From: Candidatus Krumholzibacteriota bacterium
GTDB taxonomy: Bacteria; Krumholzibacteriota; Krumholzibacteriia; LZORAL124-64-63
DNA: 62,651 nt
Assembly: GCA_039714075.1 (NCBI GenBank)
Contig: JBDLKA010000008.1
Coordinates: 1-62,651, forward strand
Direction of reading: 5' to 3'
In this document: positions 29,496 through 38,180 of the stretch, piece by piece
How positions within the stretch are numbered: the stretch's first letter is position 1
Layout: the number at the start of each line of letters is the position of its first letter
Program-made: the position numbers and the translations under genes
Notes under the pieces: model-generated
What the model saw: the letters and a program-made list of their open reading frames with translations, nothing else
The model's database searches: none
What the model was told of the DNA's origin: nothing

Positions 29496-30068
29496 ATGAC
29501 CGAAGAAAAGATCCTGACCCTGATGGAAGAACTGGGCGCCCTGCACAGCGGGCATTTCCTGTTGAGCAGCGGCCTGCACAGCGACCGGTATTTCCAGTGC
29601 GCCCGCATTCTCCAGTTCCCGGAACTCGCGCGGGAGTTGGGCGCCGCCATGGGAAAATTTTTCGATGACGCGGCCACCGACCTGGTGGTCAGCCCCGCCA
29701 TGGGCGGCATCCTGATCGGACACGAGGTCGCACGGGCCCTGGGGCGCCGTTTCGTCTTCACCGAACGCAAGGACGGGGTGATGAGCATCCGCCGCGGATT
29801 TTCGTTGGAAAAAGGTGAAAAGGTGATCATCGCCGAGGATGTCGTCACCCGGGGCACCAGCCTGCTCGAGGTCATCGAAGTGGTCGAGGCGGCCGGCGGC
29901 CAAGTCATCGGCCTGACCAGCATCATCGACCGCACCGGCGGCGAGGTCGAACTTCCCTTGCCGCTGCACTCGCTGGCCAGGGTCCAGGTCCAGACCTGGC
30001 AGGCCGACGGCTGCCCCCTTTGCGCCGAAGGCAGGGAACTCGTCAAACCAGGCAGTCGAGGCAACTGA
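29496..30068 (+). CDS. pyrE: Orotate phosphoribosyltransferase
   Basis: GHFLLSSGLHS and the PRPP motif IAEDVVTRG. Confidence 0.95.
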   Translation: MTEEKILTLMEELGALHSGHFLLSSGLHSDRYFQCARILQFPELARELGAAMGKFFDDAATDLVVSPAMGGILIGHEVARALGRRFVFTERKDGVMSIRRGFSLEKGEKVIIAEDVVTRGTSLLEVIEVVEAAGGQVIGLTSIIDRTGGEVELPLPLHSLARVQVQTWQADGCPLCAEGRELVKPGSRGN

Positions 30069-30079
30069 CAGGAGAGGCC

Positions 30080-31687
30080 ATGGTCAAGGTTTCCGTTGTC
30101 CCCCCCGTTGACGGACCTGAAGCTCTCCGTGCGCCCCGCTGGCGCACCTGTATTTCCGGCGGGATCCTGGCGGCCCTTTTGTTTCTCGCCGTTTGGGTCC
30201 CCAACCATCCCTCCCGGCCCCTGTTGCCCACCGACGACCTCTACACCCACCTGAGCGTGGCCCGCCATCTGGCGCGCGGCGAGGGTTTCCGGACCGACAT
30301 GACCTACCCTCTTTCCTTCGCCTTTCCCTTCGCCCGGGAATTGCCGCAGCCCCTGATCCACCGCCAGCCCGGATTTTCCCTCCTGCTGACGGTCCCCTAC
30401 GTGGCGGGCGAGGGATATCCCCACCAGGTGGTCGACCGCGTGCGGCAGATGCAGATCGTCCTGCTGGGTTTGCTGGTCATGACCGGAACCGCGCTCTTCA
30501 TCAGGCGGGGATATCCGGCGGCCGTGGTTCCCTGGCTGGTTTTCCTGTACGCCAACCCGCTGCTGGTTTTCGCGGTGGATTGGGGCATGGTCGAACTGGC
30601 CTGTTCGCTGCTGCTGCTGGTCCTGTGGCTGAGAATGCGCAGCGACAAGCAGGCCCGACCCAACTGGATCGACGGCCTGCTGGCCGGGGCGCTGTGCATG
30701 CTGCGGCTGGATCTGTTCTGGGTGCCGGTCCTGTGGTGGATTCTGCTGCACCTGCTCAAGAGGGAGGGTTTGTCGGGCACCGGCTGGAACCGGCGCCGCT
30801 GGGCCCTGGTCTTGGGGGCCTGGTTGCTGGTCGTCGCCCCCTGGGCGGTCCGCAATATCCAGGTCACGGGCCAGCCGGCCTTCAGCCTGCAGACCTACGC
30901 CGAACACGTGAAGGATACCCGCGCCTGGCCCGGATACACGGTGTACCGGCAGCTGGAGCCCCAGCCGTTCTTCGAGACCATGACCACCGATCCGGTCCCG
31001 GTCCTGCGCAAAGTGGGCCGAGGCATGAAGTTTTTCTACCGCGACCTGCACAACCTGGCACCGCTGCCGGTCCTGATCGTCCTGGTTGCCGGGGTCCTGG
31101 CCTTCCTTGTCGTCCGGCTGAAAATCATGCCGGCCACGCCCAGGCGGCGCCGCTGGGACTCGATGTTCGGCCTGCCCGAGGCGGCGCGTACCGGTCCGGT
31201 GGCCCTGACTGTCCTGACCATCGTGCTGCTGACCGTCCAGTATTCCTTTTTCGATCACAGTCAGCGGCACCTGCTGGTCGTGCTGCCGGTGCTGCTGTGG
31301 GAATTCGCCCCCTGGCTTGGAGGCCCCATCCGGCGGATCATCAACGACCGCCAGGAAATCCTCGGTCCGCGGTCCCCCCTCATGCGGGATCTGGGGTCCG
31401 TTATCGTGCTGCCGGCCGCCGCCGCGGTGGTGCTGGTCCTTCTTTTTCCCTGCCGCCTGCCCGGTTGGGAATACGCCGCCAAGGAGGCCGTCAGCCGGGC
31501 TCCCAAAATCGAGGAACAAATCGATTTCGCACGCCGGACGACCGACGGCGTCCTGTTCGTGGACAATTCCGCCGTGCCCTGGTTCATCGACCGGCCGGTG
31601 GTGTGGTCACCCACGCAAAAGGCCGCCCGGGGCCGGATCTGCGACTGGCTGGGGCAACCCGTGGCCGTCCCGAAGGACCAGCCATGA
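30080..31687 (+). CDS. Polytopic membrane protein, GT-C (ArnT/PMT-like) glycosyltransferase-like
   Basis: DD motif after TM1 (TDDLYTHLSVAR), RQPGF, PWAVRN, about 10 TM helices. Confidence 0.65.
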   Translation: MVKVSVVPPVDGPEALRAPRWRTCISGGILAALLFLAVWVPNHPSRPLLPTDDLYTHLSVARHLARGEGFRTDMTYPLSFAFPFARELPQPLIHRQPGFSLLLTVPYVAGEGYPHQVVDRVRQMQIVLLGLLVMTGTALFIRRGYPAAVVPWLVFLYANPLLVFAVDWGMVELACSLLLLVLWLRMRSDKQARPNWIDGLLAGALCMLRLDLFWVPVLWWILLHLLKREGLSGTGWNRRRWALVLGAWLLVVAPWAVRNIQVTGQPAFSLQTYAEHVKDTRAWPGYTVYRQLEPQPFFETMTTDPVPVLRKVGRGMKFFYRDLHNLAPLPVLIVLVAGVLAFLVVRLKIMPATPRRRRWDSMFGLPEAARTGPVALTVLTIVLLTVQYSFFDHSQRHLLVVLPVLLWEFAPWLGGPIRRIINDRQEILGPRSPLMRDLGSVIVLPAAAAVVLVLLFPCRLPGWEYAAKEAVSRAPKIEEQIDFARRTTDGVLFVDNSAVPWFIDRPVVWSPTQKAARGRICDWLGQPVAVPKDQP

Positions 31688-32415
31688 GCGGTTCCGGGGA
31701 CTGGCTCCAGCAGGCGCCCCTGTTGTCCGACCAGGACTGGCGGCACGGCTGGAGCAACAGCCGGGGTCCCGATTTCCGACCGGACGCCGACGCCCCCGAG
31801 CAGGCGGACCGTGTTCAGGAACTTGTTCTGGCGGCGAGACTGAAAACCGGCGCCTGGGCTCGTCAGGTCCACGGCGGCAAGGTGCTGCAGGTCACCGAGG
31901 CCGGCTTCGCGGGCGAGGCGGACGCCCTGTGGACCGATCAGCCCGGACTGGGCGTCATCGGACGCGGCGCGGACTGCCCGTTGATCCTGGTGGGTGGAAC
32001 ACGCCCGGACGAGACCCGGGTCTGGGGATTCGCCCACGCCTCCTGGCGGTCCACCGTACAAGGCATCACCGCGGGCCTCATCCTGGCCCTGACCGAAGCC
32101 GGCGCCGATCCCGCCGGCCTGCGGGCGGTCATTTGCCCCTCGGCCGGTCCCTGCTGCTACGAAGTGGGTGAAGAGGTTCGCCAGGCGGCCCTCGAATCCC
32201 TGGGTCCGGGAGCCGCCTGGTTTTTCCTGGAGAATTTCGACCGTCTCAGCTTCAACCTGTGGGAGGCCAACATCGCCCAGCTGACCAGCGCGGGCGTGGC
32301 CGAGAGCAACATCTTCAATGTGGGACACTGCACCATCTGCGGGGGCGATCTGTATCCCAGCTATCGCCGCGACGGGGACCAGGCCGGACGGTTCGCCGCC
32401 GTCATCGGTTTCTGA
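31684..32415 (+). CDS. pgeF: PgeF/YfiH family protein
   Basis: QVHG, ADCP, HASWR, CCYEVG, CT and SYRR motifs. Confidence 0.9.
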   Translation: MSGSGDWLQQAPLLSDQDWRHGWSNSRGPDFRPDADAPEQADRVQELVLAARLKTGAWARQVHGGKVLQVTEAGFAGEADALWTDQPGLGVIGRGADCPLILVGGTRPDETRVWGFAHASWRSTVQGITAGLILALTEAGADPAGLRAVICPSAGPCCYEVGEEVRQAALESLGPGAAWFFLENFDRLSFNLWEANIAQLTSAGVAESNIFNVGHCTICGGDLYPSYRRDGDQAGRFAAVIGF

Positions 32416-33223
32416 CCAGCGCTTCTACGGTCACCTGGATTCCCAACGCCAGACCGAAGGTGCAGACGATGGCCGCCCCGGTGGGCAGATCCAGCACGTA
32501 ACTCAAGGCCGATCCCGCAACGACCACCGCGGTTCCCATGCCCACCACCCAGAAGAACTGGGCCTTGAGGGTGGAAAAAAGCCGCAGGGCCATCACCGCG
32601 GGGACCACCAGCAGGGTGAAGACCAGAAGGACTCCCGCCACCTGCACGCTCGAGGTGACCACCATACCCAGCACCATGTAGAACACGAAGTCCCAGCGGC
32701 CCAGGGGCAGACCGTCGCGGCGGGCCTGTTCCGGGTCCTCGGAAATCCGCAGCAGCGGTTTGTGGCAGAAGTACAGGACCACTCCCAGGACGCCGTAAAG
32801 AATGGTGGTCTTGATCACCACCGGCCAGCTGACCCAGAGGATCGCTCCGACCAGCAGGTGGTTGATCTCCTCCCCTCCGTGGGGAACCAGGGTCAGCACC
32901 AGGATCATGGCCGCGCTGAACACCACATAGATGATGCCGATGTAGGCTTCCTGGGGTATCCGTGAATCCCCGCCCCGGGTCCCGGACAGCAGCAGGGCGC
33001 CCAGAAAGGTGGCGATCAGGCCCACGATGTAGGCGTTGTCCGTGCCCACCTCCGCACCGAACAGCAGGGCCAGGGCCACCCCGAAAGCGGCGATCTGGGC
33101 CAGGGCGATGTCCACGAAAATGACCCCGCGCTTGACCACATGGGAGCCGAGATACCCGTGCATCGCGACCAGCACCAGGGATATGGCGACGGGCGCGGTC
33201 ATCATTTCCATGAATCCGCTCAT
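32402..33223 (-). CDS. Metal ABC transporter permease (ZnuB/MntB-like)
   Basis: HGYLGSHVVKRGVIFVDIALAQ, EAYIG, GVLLVFTLLVVPA and DLPTGAAIV motifs. Confidence 0.9.
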   Translation of the reverse strand: MSGFMEMMTAPVAISLVLVAMHGYLGSHVVKRGVIFVDIALAQIAAFGVALALLFGAEVGTDNAYIVGLIATFLGALLLSGTRGGDSRIPQEAYIGIIYVVFSAAMILVLTLVPHGGEEINHLLVGAILWVSWPVVIKTTILYGVLGVVLYFCHKPLLRISEDPEQARRDGLPLGRWDFVFYMVLGMVVTSSVQVAGVLLVFTLLVVPAVMALRLFSTLKAQFFWVVGMGTAVVVAGSALSYVLDLPTGAAIVCTFGLALGIQVTVEALVRNR

Positions 33224-34209
33224 GAGTCCGCCTTCGGCCTGGCCGCGCCGGCTGTTTCCAGGTTGCGGCAGATCACCTCGAACAATTCCAGATAGCCGGT
33301 GGCTTCCTCGACCGCCAGGGTCGAGCCCGGCAACACCGCCAGTTCGGCGCCGATCTTTCCGGCCACGTGGGCCGCGGCCTCGATGTGATTCCAGGTGGCG
33401 GCGATCACCAGAACCGGATTGTGTTGCCGGCCGAGTTCGATCAGACCTTCGACATGGCGCGGGGCCGGAGAGATGCCCGGCCGGTTCTCGATGACCCCGA
33501 TGATTTCCAGATCCATCCAGGCGGCGAAATACTCCCAATGCTGGTGATAGACGATGAGTTTCCTGATCCCCAGACCGCCTATCCGGGTTTCCCAGTCCTT
33601 TTGGCGCTCTTCAATCCGGCGGGCCAGTTGATCCGCCCGCTGCCGGTAACGGTCGGCGGCCGCCGGATCGAGGACGGCCAGTCGTTCTGCGATCAGGTGA
33701 CCGACCGCGATTCCATTGCGGGGATCCAGCAGGTAATGCGGGTTTCCCAGAGGGTGGATGTCGCCCTGCGAGCGATCAACCTCGCCCACGGGAACCTCGA
33801 GGATTCCCCCCTCGCCCAACGCCAGGGCGCAGTTCAACTCGCCCTGCTGCCCGGGACGAATGCGGGGATTGCGGGCCGCGTCCAGCAGCAGCGGCAGCCA
33901 GCCGATTTCGAGTTCGAGTCCGTTGTAGACCAGCAGGTCCGCCTTCTTCATCCTGCGGGCCAGGGAAGGTTTGGCGGGCAGGACATGGGGATCGCGGTGG
34001 CCCTTGCACAGGAATTCCACTTCCACGTCATCGCCACCGACCTGCTCGGCTATCCAGCCCAGATCAGCGAGGGTGGCCACCACCTTGACCTTGGCCTGAG
34101 CCGGGCCGGGTAAAACCAGACCCGCCCCGAAAACCATCATGGCCAGGAACATTCCTATTCGGATCACGACGGGCCGACCCGCTGACCTGAAGTTGTCGAT
34201 GTTCAGCAT
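33220..34209 (-). CDS. Metal ABC transporter substrate-binding protein (TroA/ZnuA-like)
   Basis: DPH, NGLELEIGW, DIHPLGNPHYLLDP, YH and PGISP motifs after a signal peptide. Confidence 0.92.
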   Translation of the reverse strand: MLNIDNFRSAGRPVVIRIGMFLAMMVFGAGLVLPGPAQAKVKVVATLADLGWIAEQVGGDDVEVEFLCKGHRDPHVLPAKPSLARRMKKADLLVYNGLELEIGWLPLLLDAARNPRIRPGQQGELNCALALGEGGILEVPVGEVDRSQGDIHPLGNPHYLLDPRNGIAVGHLIAERLAVLDPAAADRYRQRADQLARRIEERQKDWETRIGGLGIRKLIVYHQHWEYFAAWMDLEIIGVIENRPGISPAPRHVEGLIELGRQHNPVLVIAATWNHIEAAAHVAGKIGAELAVLPGSTLAVEEATGYLELFEVICRNLETAGAARPKADS

Positions 34210-34220
34210 GCCGATCCTCC

Positions 34221-35360
34221 TCAATACAGATGGGCCGGATGCGACCCGATGGTGAAGTTGGCCTGAACGATGAACCGCAGATCATCCTCCATGGTGACCT
34301 TGTCCTGGTGGTAGACCATCTCGGCCCTGACGGCGCTGAATTCGCTGGGCGCGAACGTCAGGTTGATCTTGTATTCCCGCAGGTCGCCTTCCAATCCGTG
34401 GTCGTGGCCTTCGTGACCGGGTTCCTCCGCCGCGGCATGGTCGATCCCCGCGTCCGCCTGACCGACGCCCAGTCCCAGCCACCAGTTGCGGTGGAAACGG
34501 TACTGGGCCAGGCCGTACCAGCCCCAGGGATCGCCTTCGCCTTCCTCGTAGTCGGGCCACAGCGCCTCGACGGTCAGGTTCAGGGCGGGGCCGCGGGTGC
34601 GGGCCGAAGAGATCCACTTCCAGGTGAGATCGGCCCCGTACATGTCCACCTTTTTGTTCTCGCCGGGATGGCGGGCGTCGGGACCGTGCAGGTACGAACC
34701 GCTCAACTCGAGGGTGGCATCGTCGGTCAGGTCCCACAGGTTGGTCAGCCTGCCGCCGCCGGCCAGGTTCTTGTTGTGGGCGTCGAACGGCGCGGCCTCG
34801 CCGCTGACTCCGTAGATCCTGAGGTCGCTGTACCAGGGCACCGGCGCGGTGACGATGCCCATCGCCCCGGTGTCCGCGAAGACGTGGTCACTGAGGAAGG
34901 CGGCGATCGCCACAGGAGCATCGCTGAAGGGGAACTGGTGCATGTGCAGCGGAGCGTGCTTGCCGAAAGGCAGGGCGAACTTGCCCAGCCTGAGGCCCAG
35001 GTCCGCGGGCAGGGATTGCCCGTCCAGATACGCTTCCTCCACATGGACGACCATGCCTTCGGCGTGGGCGTCTTCCTCCCCCTCGTGGGCGTGCGCCGGA
35101 TGCATGCCGATGTTGAAGTTGGCCTTCCAGAAGGGGTCCACCACCGAGGTGAACTGGACTTCGACGCCGTCGATCTTGAATCCGTTCAGGTCGCCGGTGG
35201 GATTGTCCCGGGACGCCTGCCCCCGGATCAGACCGTTGACGCTGATGGCCGGGTTCATGGACCGGGACGCCCCGGTCAGGGTGCTGGATTGAGCCAACGC
35301 GAGCGCGGGTATTCCTGACAGGATCATCAGGTAAATCAGGGTTTTTGCCGGAAATGGCAT
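34221..35360 (-). CDS. His-rich outer-membrane beta-barrel, probable metal uptake porin
   Basis: Signal peptide, NPAISV, EEAY, FGKHAPLHMH, His-rich loops, PSEFS, and C-terminal IGSHPAHLY. Confidence 0.8.
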   Translation of the reverse strand: MPFPAKTLIYLMILSGIPALALAQSSTLTGASRSMNPAISVNGLIRGQASRDNPTGDLNGFKIDGVEVQFTSVVDPFWKANFNIGMHPAHAHEGEEDAHAEGMVVHVEEAYLDGQSLPADLGLRLGKFALPFGKHAPLHMHQFPFSDAPVAIAAFLSDHVFADTGAMGIVTAPVPWYSDLRIYGVSGEAAPFDAHNKNLAGGGRLTNLWDLTDDATLELSGSYLHGPDARHPGENKKVDMYGADLTWKWISSARTRGPALNLTVEALWPDYEEGEGDPWGWYGLAQYRFHRNWWLGLGVGQADAGIDHAAAEEPGHEGHDHGLEGDLREYKINLTFAPSEFSAVRAEMVYHQDKVTMEDDLRFIVQANFTIGSHPAHLY

Positions 35361-35413
35361 GACAGCCTCCGTCTTGAATGGGTTCCGTGTCCGTTGATCA
35401 GGGAAACCGGATG

Positions 35414-35737
35414 TCAGACAGAGACGATCGGGGGCCCGCGGGCGGCGGGAACCAGGAGGGCGGAATCGGTGGGAGCTTCCGCTTCCCCGGGGAACAGGAG
35501 TTCAAACGTCCGCGCGAGTTCCAGGTTTGGAACCGCGGGTGTCTCGGCAATAAAGGTGGCATTGACGAGGCAGAAGTGGCAGCCGTCAGTCTGACCCGCC
35601 TCATGCAGATGGGTGGCGCCGTGGGCGGCCAGACCGATCTGGACGGTCAGCAGAAGAACACCGGCCAACGCGGCGAATACTCGCCGGCGCCGCTGTTTAA
35701 ACCCGCTTTTCCTGGCTGCCGGACTTGTCTTGATCAT
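35414..35737 (-). CDS. DUF2946/CruR-like leader protein (TM-His-CxxC...RGPP), candidate ribosome-arrest peptide
   Basis: RRRR, hydrophobic helix, HGATHLH, CHFC, Pro/Ala linker, C-terminal AARGPPIVSV. Confidence 0.8.
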   Translation of the reverse strand: MIKTSPAARKSGFKQRRRRVFAALAGVLLLTVQIGLAAHGATHLHEAGQTDGCHFCLVNATFIAETPAVPNLELARTFELLFPGEAEAPTDSALLVPAARGPPIVSV

Positions 35738-35744
35738 GAAGTCC

Positions 35745-35773
35745 ATTCTAATGGCAATCATTCCTGCCGTCAA
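35745..35773 (-). promoter_or_regulatory. Sigma-70 promoter of the metal uptake operon, with a Fur-box-like inverted repeat in the spacer
   Basis: TTGACG-17 nt-TAGAAT. The spacer region contains AATGATTGCCATT. The predicted +1 falls at or near the ATG at 35737. Confidence 0.65.
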
Positions 35774-35784
35774 TCCGGGCTGGG

Positions 35785-36963
35785 CTACCGCTCACTGCAC
35801 ATCCGTACCAGCCGGGGATCAAACCGCGCGACCTTGCTTACCAGGTCCGCCTGGCAGGACATGACCTCCTCGATATCCTTGTAGGCCATGGGCAATTCGT
35901 CGAGCCCGGCCGAAATCAGGTTCACCTTTTTCCGGGCCAGGAATTCCCGCCCCTCCTCCCAGGTGAACTTCTTCTTCGCCGCCTTGCGGCTCATCCTGCG
36001 CCCCGCACCGTGCGCCGCCGAGTTCAGCGATTCCGCGTTTCCCAGCCCGCGCACCACATACCCGGGTGTGGCCATGCTGCCGGGGATCACGCCCAGCATG
36101 TCCCTGCCGGCGGGCGTGGCGCCCTTGCGATGCACCACCACTTCCTTCCCGTCGTGCACCTCACGCCAGGCGAAGTTGTGGTGGTTTTCCACCTTCAGGA
36201 GCGATTGGACACCCAGGTTGCCCACGATGCGCCGGTGGATCAACTCGTGGTTGGCCGACGCGTACCGGCCCATCAGTTCCATGGCGTGCCAGTAATGCCG
36301 CCCTTCTTCACTTTCCAGGGACAGCCAGGCCAGCGACGCCAGATGTTTCGGCAGTTCAGGATGCATTTTGGCGGCCACCCTGCTGTAGTGCCGGGCAATG
36401 GCGGCCCCGGTTCCCCGGCTCCCGCTGTGGCTGAGCAGGGCCAGGTAGCGGCCCGCCTGCAGGCCCAGGCTGTCGGCCTCCAGAACAAGTTCGCCGAATT
36501 CAACAAAGTGGTTTCCCGCGCCCGAGGTGCCCAGTTGCCCCCAGGCCTTGTCCTTCAGACCGGCCAGGAAAGAGGTTTCGTGCCAGTCATCATCCATGAC
36601 CTGGTGGCTCAGCTTCTGGTCTTTGCGGAAGGTGCCGCCGACGCCGAACAGGGTTTCCCGCACGAGCGCGTTTCTCAAGGCCTCTTCGCGCTCTTCAAGT
36701 GCCGCCACCGGCCAGTCGACCACCGTCAGGCACATGCGGCAGGCAATGTCCATCCCCACCGCGTAGGGAATGACGGCGTTGTCGGTGGCCAGCACGCCCC
36801 CGATGGGCATGCCGTACCCGCAGTGGGCGTCGGGCATCAGGGCGCCTTTGCGGGAGATGGGCAATTCACAGGCGTTTTTCATCTGCCGGAGGGAGGCGGC
36901 GTCCGCCATGTCGCCCCACTGGCGGAAAGGAACTCGTCCGGTGGTCTGGTCTCTCCGGTTCAT
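35785..36963 (-). CDS. rtcB: RNA-splicing ligase RtcB
   Basis: MPDAHCGYG, GMDIAC, GNHFVE, HHNFA, HRKGAT, PGSM, HGAGR and DELPMAYK motifs. Confidence 0.95.
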   Translation of the reverse strand: MNRRDQTTGRVPFRQWGDMADAASLRQMKNACELPISRKGALMPDAHCGYGMPIGGVLATDNAVIPYAVGMDIACRMCLTVVDWPVAALEEREEALRNALVRETLFGVGGTFRKDQKLSHQVMDDDWHETSFLAGLKDKAWGQLGTSGAGNHFVEFGELVLEADSLGLQAGRYLALLSHSGSRGTGAAIARHYSRVAAKMHPELPKHLASLAWLSLESEEGRHYWHAMELMGRYASANHELIHRRIVGNLGVQSLLKVENHHNFAWREVHDGKEVVVHRKGATPAGRDMLGVIPGSMATPGYVVRGLGNAESLNSAAHGAGRRMSRKAAKKKFTWEEGREFLARKKVNLISAGLDELPMAYKDIEEVMSCQADLVSKVARFDPRLVRMCSER

Positions 36964-37055
36964 TTGGTATTCCCCTCGTCCCTATTAATCATAAGGCGAG
37001 GGGTGGTTGGCGGCGATCTCCAAGGTGCGGATCCCTTCGGGGCACTTCTGAAAAA

Positions 37056-37310
37056 TCAGTCCAGATCCAGCGTCACGGTACCTTTGTTGATCCGGCACTG
37101 GCACATCAACCGCCGTTGGGGATCCAGATCCAGGGCCGCCTCTTCCTGGGTGGGCGCCGACAGATTGTTCAATCCGGACAGCACCGTGGTCGCGCATTTT
37201 CCACACACGCCCTTGAAGCAGCCGAAAAGGACGCCCAACTCGGCGGCAGCCTCCATGGATCCGCCGGCAATGGCATTTTTCTGACGGGAGCGGGTTTTGA
37301 TAACGGGCAC
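37056..37310 (-). CDS. 2Fe-2S ferredoxin
   Basis: CxxGxCGxC...RLMCQ motif and AGGAG RBS. Confidence 0.85.
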   Translation of the reverse strand: MPVIKTRSRQKNAIAGGSMEAAAELGVLFGCFKGVCGKCATTVLSGLNNLSAPTQEEAALDLDPQRRLMCQCRINKGTVTLDLD

Positions 37311-37489
37311 GGTTCATCTCCTGTTCACGGGACGGGTCAATTTTCCGATTTATTCGCAGATCCCATGGTAGCTAAATACCTCGCACCCACAAGGGTCACC
37401 GGGCTTCATGACCCGGTATGCTCTTGCGCATTTCCAGTTTTGGACTCTTACTGGGAACAAGCAGCAACAAGAATTCCGGAAAGGCTGAA

Positions 37490-37963
37490 ATGAAAACCGT
37501 TGGTTCGGGCCTGGCCCTGTTCGCATTTGCAATCCTGATGGGAAACGCCGCCACCGCTGGAGATAATCCCGTGAAATACAACTCTCTCGACTACGAGGAA
37601 ACCCGGGTCATCCTGCAGAAAGGCACCGAAACGCCCTTCTCCGGGGAGTACGAAACCAACTGGGCCAAGGGCACCTACCTGTGCAAGAGGTGCAATGCCC
37701 CGCTCTACGAATCGGGCACCAAATTCAACGCCCGCTGCGGGTGGCCCAGTTTCGACGACAATATCGAGGCCGCCGTGAAACGCACCATGGACGCCGACGG
37801 CCGGCGCACCGAAATCACCTGCGCCAATTGCGGGGGGCATCTGGGCCACGTCTTCCGGGGAGAAGGGTTCACGCCCAGGAACACCCGCCATTGCGTTAAT
37901 TCCATTTCGATGGTGTTCATCCCCGAAGGCGAGGAACTGCCGGAGATGATCAAGGAAGAGTAG
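37490..37963 (+). CDS. msrB: Methionine-R-sulfoxide reductase with signal peptide
   Basis: GTE, CKRC, CGWPSF, CANCGGHLGHVF and RHCVNS (catalytic Cys form). Confidence 0.95.
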   Translation: MKTVGSGLALFAFAILMGNAATAGDNPVKYNSLDYEETRVILQKGTETPFSGEYETNWAKGTYLCKRCNAPLYESGTKFNARCGWPSFDDNIEAAVKRTMDADGRRTEITCANCGGHLGHVFRGEGFTPRNTRHCVNSISMVFIPEGEELPEMIKEE

Positions 37964-38180
37964 CAGCAAGTTCCTCCTATTGACTGCCACCTCCCAATTT
38001 CTGTATTTTTCCTAATGATCTAAATTCCCATCTGTGGATTTTTTGGGAATGGAATCATCGCCCATCAGTCGCATCGTATATATCGCTCATCCAGCGAAGA
38101 GAGCATTGAAAACCCGCCATCCCTTAAGACAATTTCGCCAATTGCCGCCGGGCGTGGCACATGTGACTAAGGGGACTAAC

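Noticed and set aside
35785..37310. rtcB as part of an Rtc/Ro-Y RNA repair or defence locus
   Set aside because: No rtcA, rtcR, TROVE, archease or tRNA-like element is adjacent. The ferredoxin neighbour gives no supportable link.
37490..37963. MsrB as a selenoprotein
   Set aside because: The catalytic residue is Cys (RHCVNS) and there is no in-frame TGA.
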